DNA from: Flavobacteriales bacterium
GTDB lineage: Bacteria > Bacteroidota > Bacteroidia > Palsa-965
Assembly (NCBI GenBank): GCA_040377305.1
Contig: JBEIPA010000003.1
Location: 64,001-128,000, forward strand
Length of the DNA: 64,000 bases
Reading direction: 5' to 3'
Made by a program: the position numbers and the translations under genes
The notes under the pieces: generated by a model
Databases searched by the model: none
What the model saw: only the letters and a program-made list of their open reading frames with translations
Told to the model about the DNA's origin: nothing
Part shown: piece by piece, positions 50,201 to 58,264 of the stretch
Layout of the letters: every line of letters starts with the position of its first letter
Numbering within the stretch: the stretch's first letter is position 1

Positions 50201-50444
50201 TATTCAGCGCGCAGATCCTGTGTTCCTCGAGCCATTCCAAAGCGACATGGGTAACTCACATTTCTTCGCACCGCGTAAGAAAATCTTCGGCCATTATTTC
50301 GATACATTCTGGGTGAACCTCTGCGTTCTCTGGGGAATGTCGCTCACCATGGCAATTACACTTTACTTCGATCTGCTTCGCAAGTTGATTGATGGTTTGG
50401 GAAATCTCTTCGCACGGTTTTCGAAGAAGGGGAAACCCGCTTAA
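47298..50444 (+). CDS. ABCG-type fused ABC transporter (TerB-like N-terminus + ATPase + ABC2 permease)
   Basis: LMQLFAIIARVDG and S..E..FV TerB-like helices; GGSGAGKST, ISGGQRKR, VDEPTSGL, IHQP; CPTC; C-terminal TM bundle with a large helical loop. Confidence 0.88.
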   Translation: MSERILKALMQLFAIIARVDGVTSASRGIVESFLKQQLSLDLVDEYLRVFDDFLEQHHQVSKRKDGGAKRTSLASVKVLRICTQINEELAQKQKVVVLLRLIEFIHSSNDISEQELEFVQTVSETFNIENEEFLRMRAFVEKPIEEMLDKEEFLVIDGKAEQKFDHAHHIYVDSMGGGSVCAISIPSVGMYACRYFGGTELNLNGQAMIPNKVYILTPGSSLRSSKVQPIYYSDIISAYMSRGTRTRITFNANNIEFAFKGGKLGLRGVNIHEESGKLIGIMGGSGAGKSTLLNVLNSNEVPTKGEVLINGIDIHRQKDKIEGVIGMVSQDDLLIEELTVFQNLFYNAKLCFGNWPDQRIIETVDELLSDLGLDQARNLKVGSPLDKKISGGQRKRLNIALELIREPSVLFVDEPTSGLSSRDSENIMDLLKELALKGKLVFVVIHQPSSDIFKMFDKLLILDVGGFPIYYGNPVDAVVYFKKMVNHVNSDESECPTCGNVNPEQIFNIIEGKVVDEYGNPTRNRKVSAAEWNKFYKEHIEEKADALPPSAENPESTFNIPNKLKQFIVFCTRDIRSKLTNTQYMLINMLEAPVLAFILAYLVKFWNTDVSNKDGYVFRANENMPAYLFMSVVVALFIGLTVSAEEIIRDRKILKRESFLNLSRSSYLFSKISIMFVLSAIQTFTFILVGNFVLGIQDMWMDYWLVLFSTSCFANMLGLNISSAFNSAVTIYILIPFLIIPQLLLSGVIVKFEKLNPDITSQSTVPVAGEMMASRWAFEALAVNQFMKNEYEKQFYKYDEMMSISDFRKNYWIPHLRGKIDKCETNAKNGDKTAEQTADIELIKSEITLDLARLKELMNRKKIATIATTLMTQLEGLEGKVKACDASKFATENANDMRNYLNLVNSVYIKVFNSNSEARDKSIRDKNKTDADKEAFVKLKNDYMNEAMADLVRNANEFNKIIEQDGKLIQRADPVFLEPFQSDMGNSHFFAPRKKIFGHYFDTFWVNLCVLWGMSLTMAITLYFDLLRKLIDGLGNLFARFSKKGKPA

Positions 50445-50724
50445 CAGTCGGCAGTCTTGCAGCCTCGCAGTTGGAAGTTTTCAACCAGTATTGGATAACG
50501 TAAACTGCTCCATGACCAAGTCCTGCATCCGAAGTATTCTCTGATGGAGTTATAACCAGCATCATCACCCACAATCTGCACATTACGGATAATGGTATTT
50601 AGCGCGCCTTGAGGGATTGCCTCTTCTAATTTGGCACGTAACATTTATTATCACCATGGGGAACATGTTCTACAACTATATTGATGGTGTCGACCTAATT
50701 TTAGCCGGATTTAATTTTAACGAC

Positions 50725-51120
50725 ATGGAGAAGAAAGACCGATTAGCACAACTTCACAAAAAGATGATTGCGGAGATTCAAGACTACGCCATTATTCTTT
50801 TGGATGTTGACGGTACCATATTATCATGGAATATGGGTGTCGAGAAGATCAAAGGCTATAAGGAAACGGAAATTATCGGACAGAACTTTAGCATCTTTTA
50901 TTTACCCAGTGACAGACAAGCAAAATTGCCGGAGCAGTTGTTGGCTCTTGCGCGTAAGGAAGGACGGGCGGCACATATCGGTAGACGTTTGCGTAAGGAC
51001 GGAACGATTTTCTGGGGGAGTATTACGATCACGGCACTCCATGATGAAGCTGACGAGATAATTGGATTTACGAAGCTTACACGCGAAATACGCGACGGAC
51101 AGCAGTCGACCAATTATTAA
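50725..51120 (+). CDS. Stand-alone PAS/PAC domain protein
   Basis: DYAIILLD.DG.I.SWN.G.EKIKGY...EIIG..FS.FY, R.RKDG..FW, GFTK.TR; start uncertain (50656-50725). Confidence 0.8.
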   Translation: MEKKDRLAQLHKKMIAEIQDYAIILLDVDGTILSWNMGVEKIKGYKETEIIGQNFSIFYLPSDRQAKLPEQLLALARKEGRAAHIGRRLRKDGTIFWGSITITALHDEADEIIGFTKLTREIRDGQQSTNY

Positions 51121-51143
51121 TTCTGTTTTGTAAATTGCAGTAG

Positions 51144-51181
51144 GAAATCCTGACGTTCCATCTGGGTTCACGAATTCGAAA
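51144..51181 (+). repeat. Upstream motif shared with 46596-46634 (core inverted)
   Basis: GAAATCC-tgacgttccatct-GGGTTCACGAATTCGAAA. Confidence 0.55.
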
Positions 51182-51196
51182 CAAACTTTAGATCGA

Positions 51197-51577
51197 ATGA
51201 AAACTACTGCCATTAAAACGGTTGCAGACTGCATTGCAACATTTCCACCCGAAACACAGAAGCTTCTGAAGCAAGTTCGCGCGACTATCAAAAAAGCCGC
51301 ACCAAAAGCAGAAGAATACATTGGCTATGGTATGCCAGCCTATAAGTACAACGGCAAGCCACTCGTTTATTTTTCAGGATTCAAAAGCCACATCGGATTT
51401 TACGCAACACCAACCGGCCACGCGGAATTCAAAGCGGAACTCGCACAATACAAACAAGGCAAAGGCTCTGTTCAGTTTCCGATTGATGAACCCATTCCAC
51501 TGAAACTCATTGAACGTATTGTGAAGTTTCGCGTGAAAGAAAATGCTGTGAAGGTAAAAGCTGCAAAAAAGAAATGA
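51197..51577 (+). CDS. YdhG/DUF1801 family protein
   Basis: R..IK.AAP.A.E.I.YGMPAY, HIGFY, KGSVQFP...P.P..LI. Confidence 0.9.
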   Translation: MKTTAIKTVADCIATFPPETQKLLKQVRATIKKAAPKAEEYIGYGMPAYKYNGKPLVYFSGFKSHIGFYATPTGHAEFKAELAQYKQGKGSVQFPIDEPIPLKLIERIVKFRVKENAVKVKAAKKK

Positions 51578-52056
51578 CCGACATCAGCCTTATTCCGGAA
51601 GTCAATCTCAAACGCGAAATTCAGACAACGCGTGTTGTGAATTTTTCAATCGATTCTGTCTTCGATGCATTCGTAGATCCGAATCACCTGAAAAACTGGT
51701 GGGGTCCTGCTGGATTCACCAATACATTTCAGGAGTTCAATCCGGTTCCTTATGGTTCCTGGAAATTCACGATGCACGGACCAGACGGAAAGAACTACGA
51801 AAATGAATGTCGCTTTCTGGTTGTACAAAAGCCGGACTGCGTAATCATCGATCACGTGAATGCACCGGAATTTCGCGCGGTGTTTCAGTTTGAATCGTTG
51901 TCTGCTGATTCAACGCGCATCAACTGGAGAATGATCTTCAAGACCGATGAACTTTTTCACGCGCTTGGAGATTTCGTGAAAGGCAAGAACGTGGAGAATA
52001 TGGATAGACTGGAAGCGGAACTGGCCAACGTTAACAATCCGCGCTTCTCTGTTTAA
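51574..52056 (+). CDS. SRPBCC/AHSA1-like domain protein
   Basis: VF.AF.DP.HL..WWGP.GFT, W.F.MHGPDG..Y. Confidence 0.9.
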   Translation: MTDISLIPEVNLKREIQTTRVVNFSIDSVFDAFVDPNHLKNWWGPAGFTNTFQEFNPVPYGSWKFTMHGPDGKNYENECRFLVVQKPDCVIIDHVNAPEFRAVFQFESLSADSTRINWRMIFKTDELFHALGDFVKGKNVENMDRLEAELANVNNPRFSV

Positions 52057-52255
52057 TCCGCCCAATCCGCGTACTATTTTGTTGCCAACAATTCCAACCG
52101 ACCGCCCCACATTCGAAAGCTCCATCGCGACGAACTGGTTCGATGACGAAATTCTCATTTCACTTTCGAAGCCAGAGCGAAATTCTGGCTAAAATATTTG
52201 GGTAAAAGTTAATTTCGGGAATATCCTGAAGCCTTCATCGTAACTTTATACCGCT

Positions 52256-53650
52256 GTGTTCGCCATTATCGATATCGAGACTACCGGCGGTTCTCCCGAG
52301 CGGTGTAAAATAACCGAGATCTGCATTGTGCAGCACGATGGTTTGGCTGTAACAGACGTGTTTACCACGCTCATTAATCCGGAGTGTTATATTCCCAATC
52401 ACATAACACGCATCACCAACATCACCAACGAGATGGTGGAGAATGCCCCGAAATTTTATGAAGTCGCGAAGAAAATTATCGAGTGGACCGAAGGAAGAAT
52501 TTTCGTGGCGCACAACGTTGCATTCGATTACGGATTTATTCGTGAAGAATTTCGTTCACTCGGCTACACGTACAAACGTGAACAGCTTTGTACAGTCAAG
52601 CTTGCACGCAAATTAATTCCCGGAAGAAAATCGTACAGTCTGGGAAACATCTGCGAACACGTAGGGATTAATATCGCTGCGGAAGAACGTCACCGTGCCG
52701 AAGGTGATGCTGTAGCAACGGCAAAGCTTTTCGATCTGTTGCTCGCGAAGAAGAGTGAGCACACCGTTTATCGCAGCAAAGGCATTGAGGAAATGCAAAC
52801 CACGCGTGTCGATAAGGTGAAGATGCAGATTCTGAATCGCTTGCCGGAAGAATGTGGTGTCTACTATTATCTCGGTAAAGACAACAACATTCTTTACGTA
52901 GGCAAGAGCACAAACATGCGCTCACGTGCGCTACAGCATTTTGCGAGCAAGGAACCGAAAGCGCGTCGCTGGCAGAATGAGTTATACGATGTAGATTTCG
53001 TGAAAACAGGAAGCGAGTTAATAGCTTTGTTGCTGGAGTCGGAAGAAATTAAGAAGCATAAGCCGTTTTACAATCGTGCACGAAAGAAATCGACGTTCAC
53101 ACATGCGATCGATTGGTGGAAAGATGAGAAAGGTGTGATCAATTTCAACATCGTTCCTTCCGAAGAAGCGAATCAGCCTTTGCAGCATTACACGAACTAC
53201 ACTTCAGCGCGTGAGTTTCTGAATGTCTGGGTGGAGGAACATCGATTGTGTTTGCACCAATGCGGAATTTTCGCTGGGCACGGCGATCGCGAAACCAATA
53301 TGCGACGCGAATGCTTCAACTTTCAGGTCAAGCAGTGTGTGGGAATTTGCTGCGGAGAGGAAACGGCAGATGAGTACAACAAACGCGCATCGGAAGTTTT
53401 GAATCAATTTCTGATTTCCAGCGGCGATTTCATTCTCGTCGATCGTGGTAGGCGAGGAGGGGAGCAGGCGCTTTTACTCGTGGAGAATGGCAGCTTCAAA
53501 GGCTACGGTTATTTCGACGAAGCAGATTCTGCCGCTTCACCCGATGAACTCAAAGGCTTTATCACGAAAACCGCGTGGCATCCGGATGCAAACGATCTGG
53601 TACGAGGATGGATGCGGAGAAATCCGAAGCTGAAGCGAATTACTCTTTAA
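52256..53650 (+). CDS. DEDDh 3'-5' exonuclease (DnaQ-like) fused to GIY-YIG (UvrC-like) domain
   Basis: DIETTG, AHNVAFD, HRAEGDA; GVYY...YVGKS.N.R.R, E..EIK...P.YN. Confidence 0.92.
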   Translation: MFAIIDIETTGGSPERCKITEICIVQHDGLAVTDVFTTLINPECYIPNHITRITNITNEMVENAPKFYEVAKKIIEWTEGRIFVAHNVAFDYGFIREEFRSLGYTYKREQLCTVKLARKLIPGRKSYSLGNICEHVGINIAAEERHRAEGDAVATAKLFDLLLAKKSEHTVYRSKGIEEMQTTRVDKVKMQILNRLPEECGVYYYLGKDNNILYVGKSTNMRSRALQHFASKEPKARRWQNELYDVDFVKTGSELIALLLESEEIKKHKPFYNRARKKSTFTHAIDWWKDEKGVINFNIVPSEEANQPLQHYTNYTSAREFLNVWVEEHRLCLHQCGIFAGHGDRETNMRRECFNFQVKQCVGICCGEETADEYNKRASEVLNQFLISSGDFILVDRGRRGGEQALLLVENGSFKGYGYFDEADSAASPDELKGFITKTAWHPDANDLVRGWMRRNPKLKRITL

Positions 53651-54285
53651 CGGGTAACAGTATACTCTTCCCGCTTCACAAATGTGCCGTGCGAAGTTCC
53701 GTTCTTAAAGAAAATTTCTTTAGCTCCGGTTTGTGTATTCACCTTTCCGCGTTGCAGCGAGTCTGAACGTTTCGGTTGAACATGAAAGCCCCATTGTCCG
53801 CGTACACCATGATCCATGGCAAGCTGAATGAGCGGATCTTCAGAAGAATGTTTGTACTTCAATGAATCTGCGAGTGTAGTGGTGAAACTTCCCGGGCGCA
53901 AACATTTGTTCACCATATCGATTCGCTTGTCATTCGCGTAGATTGAACGGCGAACAAATATTTCTCCTCCATCCGTATGTTCTGCTTTCACTTCATCTGC
54001 AACAGAAACCGGTTTCAGTTCTGCATCATGAAAAATAACTTTCGTAATCTGCCAACGAAATTCCATGGCCTTCTCCAGAACTTTTTCAATTCCTTCACGT
54101 GCAATTTCTTTCACGACCAGTGGAGCTGCTTCATTCAACTCAACAGCCAGTTCCGCATTGAGTACTATGAATTTCGCTTTCATATCGATTCCGGGGAGCT
54201 GTGCTTCAATAGCCTGATAACCCATTCCGGTTTCCGGTTGAGTCAGCAATTCTTTTTCCTGGGCAAGCGTGAGGCGGTAGTACAT
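53647..54285 (-). CDS. Hypothetical protein (PETGMGYQ N-terminus; possible ART/TNT-like C-terminal fold)
   Basis: ORF of 212 aa; FVRRS...PGSFTTT...QRG.V...EIFF.NGT. Confidence 0.6.
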   Translation of the reverse strand: MYYRLTLAQEKELLTQPETGMGYQAIEAQLPGIDMKAKFIVLNAELAVELNEAAPLVVKEIAREGIEKVLEKAMEFRWQITKVIFHDAELKPVSVADEVKAEHTDGGEIFVRRSIYANDKRIDMVNKCLRPGSFTTTLADSLKYKHSSEDPLIQLAMDHGVRGQWGFHVQPKRSDSLQRGKVNTQTGAKEIFFKNGTSHGTFVKREEYTVTR

Positions 54286-54321
54286 GGGTCAGAGTTTATC
54301 TGCCCAATATAAACTGACGGT

Positions 54322-54495
54322 TTCGAACTAGTCGGGAGCAAACGTTTGTAAACGGATAAATCTGCTTTTGGTCTTACCCGATGCTCAAACCTTAAAGGTT
54401 TTAATCCGCCGCGGCGGACCTTTAAGGTTTTGCGCACGACAAGTATAGGTGAAAGAATTCGTACCAGTCGGGAGCAAACGATTGAAAACGGGTTA
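54322..54495 (+). repeat. Two direct repeats (~38 bp, 136 bp apart) resembling a tRNA 3' end, enclosing a nested palindrome
   Basis: TTCGAACTAGTCGGGAGCAAACGTTTGTAAACGG vs TTCGTACCAGTCGGGAGCAAACGATTGAAAACGG; AAACCTTAAAGGT...ACCTTTAAGGTTT (54387-54430) containing TCCGCCGCGGCGGA. Confidence 0.7.
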
Positions 54496-54560
54496 GCCGC
54501 GGAGAAAGGGCAAGAATGGAGGCGCATTGGCCACCCTTCAAGGGCTTAACCCTTGCAGGT

Positions 54561-54953
54561 TTACTTCAGCCTATCCAACTTCCCCTTCTTCTTCACAATA
54601 TTCTTGTAATCCCACTGCACCTCTTTCGACTTCTTCAGCCAGCGTACCAGATCTTTCCTCTTGATCTCATCAACCGAAGTGTAAACAACCGAAGCATCCT
54701 TGAACTTTCCTGTTCCGGGTTGCAATTGTTCTTCATCAAATCCCATTCCGCTCCAGAACATCAATTTGATTCCGGCTTTCTGTTTGCTGTATCCTACAAT
54801 CGGATTTCCATCCAGAAACCAAACGGGATGCGCATGCCAGATTTTATTTTCTGCTTCTTTCAACGCGCCATCAATTTCTTCCGCGAGCGCCTTGCAGATT
54901 TTTTTGTCGGAGGCAGTTTGTTTCGAGTTGTAGAATTTGATGTCTTTGTGCAT
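54561..54953 (-). CDS. DUF1801 family protein
   Basis: KIWHAHPVWFLDGNPIVGY, LMFWSG..F.E, QWDYKN. Confidence 0.85.
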   Translation of the reverse strand: MHKDIKFYNSKQTASDKKICKALAEEIDGALKEAENKIWHAHPVWFLDGNPIVGYSKQKAGIKLMFWSGMGFDEEQLQPGTGKFKDASVVYTSVDEIKRKDLVRWLKKSKEVQWDYKNIVKKKGKLDRLK

Positions 54954-54977
54954 GAGAGGTATTTATATAATATAAAA

Positions 54978-55349
54978 TTAGCCAATTACAACTCCACATT
55001 GACCTTGTTGATTTAGTGCGATATCAACGGCAGCTATTCCGTTCTTAATTCTGAAAGTCAATCCTTCCTGATCACCACCCGTGCAATCGACCACTTCATG
55101 TATGTGCTGCAGCAACACCTCAAACTCTTTTTTAAGTGCAAGAATTTCTTCATCGAAGACCATCACATCTTGTTCCTTCAACGAATGGATCAGAGGACAT
55201 CCTAGTTTTTCGACAACTGAATTTCCCCACACACTTGTTCGCCAGGATTCAAAACCGAAGAGTTCATTTTGTGGGTATGAGGCCTTTAGCTTCGGCCACT
55301 CCAGATTGGGGTCTTTAGTTTTTGACACAACGTAAACAATCAGTGACAT
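54978..55349 (-). CDS. Hypothetical protein
   Basis: ORF of 123 aa; LFGFESWR..VWG motif. Confidence 0.65.
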   Translation of the reverse strand: MSLIVYVVSKTKDPNLEWPKLKASYPQNELFGFESWRTSVWGNSVVEKLGCPLIHSLKEQDVMVFDEEILALKKEFEVLLQHIHEVVDCTGGDQEGLTFRIKNGIAAVDIALNQQGQCGVVIG

Positions 55350-55381
55350 GCCGTATGACTTGTAATTTGGTTAGTAGTAAT

Positions 55382-55915
55382 CTAGCACCCCGTCGTCACC
55401 CATATCCACTTCCCACCCTTAAATGTAAAAAATCCACTGCCCCCTCCGTCTTGCCAAACCTTGATTGCGGGATTTTCTAATTTGAAAGTACTGTCGCGCA
55501 ACTCGCCATCGACAGCATAAGTCACCGTAACAATTGTGTCTTGCAGTAAACCCCAGGAATCCACCCAACTGAAATCTTCGACAAGCTCGCCTTTAACAGT
55601 TTCGAATTTCATCTTCTTGCGAGAGCCACTCCCATTGATACCAATCGCAATTGTTCCTTCGGGCTGCAAGAAGTCGACAAGTTCGGTATTACCATCTCCA
55701 TCAAGATCTACCCTGATCAATTGCTCTAAATCGTACGATGTGAAATTGTTTTCTGCGTACGGCTCTTCGTTGGCTTTCGCTTGTGAATCTACTCTGCCAA
55801 TAGAATCAGCATGCATGGAATCGAGGTAGCCGGAAGATTTTTTTGAATTCTCATCTGAACTACACGCGAACAAAGTCACAAATAACGTAAGTACAACAAC
55901 CGGACGCATTCCCAT
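55382..55915 (-). CDS. Hypothetical lipoprotein
   Basis: Start reassigned to ATG 55915; lipobox LFAC; DLDGDG (DxDGDG) motif. Confidence 0.7.
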   Translation of the reverse strand: MGMRPVVVLTLFVTLFACSSDENSKKSSGYLDSMHADSIGRVDSQAKANEEPYAENNFTSYDLEQLIRVDLDGDGNTELVDFLQPEGTIAIGINGSGSRKKMKFETVKGELVEDFSWVDSWGLLQDTIVTVTYAVDGELRDSTFKLENPAIKVWQDGGGSGFFTFKGGKWIWVTTGC

Positions 55916-55931
55916 AAATTTTGTCTCCAAC

Positions 55932-55960
55932 AAAAAAGCCCTCCATCCGGAAGGCCTTTT
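55932..55960 (-). terminator. Intrinsic terminator after siaC-like gene
   Basis: Minus strand AGGCCTTCC-ggat-GGAGGGCTTTTTT. Confidence 0.7.
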
Positions 55961-56014
55961 ATATATTATCTGGGATTCGGCTTTTACTCCCGTCTCCTGT
56001 CTGTCGTCTGTCGA

Positions 56015-56395
56015 CTACTCAGCAACCTCAACCATCTTGAACGGAATATTGATGATCGCCTGGTAATCTTCACCAGCTTCCAACATATCCTCGTCGTCTT
56101 GTTCGTAATACCAATTGATCACAATTGCAGATCCGCCTTTGTGAATTGCTTCGAGTTTCTTGAACACATCAAGAATGCATTTCGAAGAGCTCGTGTTGAA
56201 ATACTCCAACTGAATGTTCACGTTAGTATTCGCTTGCGGCTTCGAAGCATATTTTTCAAGATGCTCAACCAAAGGCTTATAAAACTCAATAGAGTTCTCA
56301 GGAATTGATCTGCCACGGATTTCAAGATGTCCGCTTGCCATGTCAAAACTGATTGTTGGTGTCTTTGGTGTTCCTTCGATTACGATGCGTTCCAT
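56015..56395 (-). CDS. siaC: SiaC family (DUF1987) regulatory phosphoprotein
   Basis: T.KTP.I.FD, GRSIPEN...FY.P, YFNTSSSK, INWYY..DDEDM.E.GED. Confidence 0.9.
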   Translation of the reverse strand: MERIVIEGTPKTPTISFDMASGHLEIRGRSIPENSIEFYKPLVEHLEKYASKPQANTNVNIQLEYFNTSSSKCILDVFKKLEAIHKGGSAIVINWYYEQDDEDMLEAGEDYQAIINIPFKMVEVAE

Positions 56396-56414
56396 AGTAG
56401 TATGGTGTTGTGTG

Positions 56415-56984
56415 TTACTGTGCGATTTTAATATTTAAGCTGAAAAAAGAATAGACGTCATCAACCGGCATGAAGTGATAATTCAACTTCTGTCCTGTCT
56501 TGCGCGCGATATCGATCATACCGAGACCGCCACCGCCTTTTTCAGACATTTCCCCGTTATTAAGAACAGCCTTGTAGTAATCTTTCAACTCTTCTTTTGT
56601 GAGCTTGTTGATTTCGTCAAGACGATTCTTCAGACCGTTTACATTCCCTGTAAGAATGTAGTTGCCTGTAATGATATTGTACTGGTTGTCTAGCTTACCA
56701 ATCATGAAAATTGCAGAACGGATTTGTTCCCCTTCAGGACCATTAGCGTTTCCGTTCAAAGTTTTAGGAATTTCGTCCATGTGATGGTAAAGGTTCTGTA
56801 AACACTCTACCAATACATTGTAAACTTTCTTCTTGATTTTGGGCTCCTCCTGCATAGTGTCCAACTTGGACTCCATGATCTGGAGAATAGACGTCAACAA
56901 CTCGGACGTGATGTCGCCCTTAAATGAGAGCATAATGTTATTACGCTCCATTTTATCATAAAAGTCGTAGATGTCGACCATCAT
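56415..56984 (-). CDS. siaB: SiaB family (DUF6272) protein kinase, SpoIIAB-like GHKL
   Basis: F.G.I, VECLQN..HH, TGN, GGGGLG.IDIARK.G; adjacent to siaC; TATATTTG at 57016-57023 (minus). Confidence 0.88.
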   Translation of the reverse strand: MMVDIYDFYDKMERNNIMLSFKGDITSELLTSILQIMESKLDTMQEEPKIKKKVYNVLVECLQNLYHHMDEIPKTLNGNANGPEGEQIRSAIFMIGKLDNQYNIITGNYILTGNVNGLKNRLDEINKLTKEELKDYYKAVLNNGEMSEKGGGGLGMIDIARKTGQKLNYHFMPVDDVYSFFSLNIKIAQ

Positions 56985-57077
56985 AACCTTAAAGGCTGTG
57001 TGCTGTTGATTTCAACAAATATAACGGGATTTTGGGAATAACAATGGTTCACAGAAAATAGTCGGAGTCTAATGAAG

Positions 57078-57122
57078 AAAGATGGGAGCCAGGCATGACA
57101 TTACCTTGACACTCCCATCTTT
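57078..57122. terminator. Terminator-like hairpin between the lipoprotein gene and siaB
   Basis: AAAGATGGGAG ... CTCCCATCTTT. Confidence 0.55.
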
Positions 57123-57142
57123 TTACCTTAAGACCGACGCGT

Positions 57143-57961
57143 TTATTGCATCGTGAACTCGAATGTATTCCCTTCGATCATGATCGTACCACGGTTGTCG
57201 CAGGTACCATTACCGAAATCTACTGTACGGGTCGCTTTCCCGTCCGGAACAAGCTCTACAGTACCCTGGGTAATCCAGGTACAGCTCATGTCGCGGATGA
57301 TTGGCGATGTAACAGTTGAAGTGAAGTGTAGGCCATTACGGTCAGTTCCTTCGTTAGTTCCTTCAATACGGATTACCTGGTTAGCAGCAGAATTGCCTAC
57401 ACCGGAGATCCATGTAATGGTCTTATTGGTGTTCCAGTCGATCTCCCACGGAGTAGCTCCAGCTTTGCTGCAGTGGCCGTCATTGAGAACCATGTTAAAG
57501 GAGTTATTCGCACCGCGGGTAATGGTTGTTGTTCCTGTGAAGTTGATAGCTCCAACGTAGAAACTGTCGAGTGTAACTGTCATTACACAACCAACCGAAT
57601 CCCAAGGACGATCCATCGCAACCAGCATACGTCCTTTACGAACTTTGCCATCGACAGAATCTGTACATCCTGTTGAACCGTAATCTATCGTCATAACCAA
57701 AGGAAACTGGTTTGGCGTATTAACGGAAATAGTAGGACATGATTGAACCGATGGGCCACCTGGTCCCCAACGATGAACGCCCGGCTCATCAATAGAAATC
57801 TTGTTTACGGTAGGAAGAACGCGGAGAAACTCCCCTTCGCACAAGCTGTTATCAGTTGCAGAAGTGGTTTCAGTGTCAGCGACATCATCTTTTTTGCATC
57901 CAACATATACGAAGGATGATAAACAGAACAAAAATGCAGCGGATAGAGCAATGCGATTCAT
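57143..57961 (-). CDS. Beta-rich lipoprotein
   Basis: Lipobox VGCKKD; CP...IDYG..GC..DG.VR.G; VDFG.G.CD motif. Confidence 0.8.
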   Translation of the reverse strand: MNRIALSAAFLFCLSSFVYVGCKKDDVADTETTSATDNSLCEGEFLRVLPTVNKISIDEPGVHRWGPGGPSVQSCPTISVNTPNQFPLVMTIDYGSTGCTDSVDGKVRKGRMLVAMDRPWDSVGCVMTVTLDSFYVGAINFTGTTTITRGANNSFNMVLNDGHCSKAGATPWEIDWNTNKTITWISGVGNSAANQVIRIEGTNEGTDRNGLHFTSTVTSPIIRDMSCTWITQGTVELVPDGKATRTVDFGNGTCDNRGTIMIEGNTFEFTMQ

Positions 57962-58264
57962 GGAGTTATGTTTGATTTGGTTGTAGGACGTTTACCAGGT
58001 CCGTGGGTTCTTATTTGTACTATGTTCGACGCACTTTGATGACTGAGGTTTAAGCCGTTTGTCATTCCGAGCGCAGCCGGCGTGCAACAAATATAGTTTT
58101 TTGACTGAAAAAGCGTCAAATAGCTATGCTGAATCTTACGCGTGCATTCCTCAAAGGTTTCCACGATAGAGGCGGTTTTTCCAACATTGGCGGGAATTCC
58201 AAAGTGACAGTCGTAAATCCTAAAGTAAGCTGAACCTGAGTGGAGCGCCCTGAACATCGGATAA

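Noticed and set aside
50441-50644. 67-aa minus ORF with EAIPQGALNTII faintly like a HicA C-terminus
   Set aside because: No conserved His or N-terminal HicA motif, no HicB neighbour, and it ends in a repeat tract; too weak.
50632-50647. TGGCACG as a sigma54 promoter upstream of the PAS gene
   Set aside because: The -12 GC dinucleotide is missing at the required spacing.
52256-53650. DEDDh-GIY-YIG fusion as a novel defence nuclease
   Set aside because: This architecture is a familiar Bacteroidota repair-type protein and has host-like composition.
54300-54500. Intact tRNA gene
   Set aside because: Only a 3'-end-like segment; no matching 5' acceptor strand, D arm or anticodon arm could be folded.
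57958-58257. 99-aa ORF or structured RNA between siaA-like gene and lipoprotein
   Set aside because: No protein motif; contains a -7 promoter (58088-58095) and a short GTCATTCCGAGCGCAGC REP-like remnant; no recognisable riboswitch.
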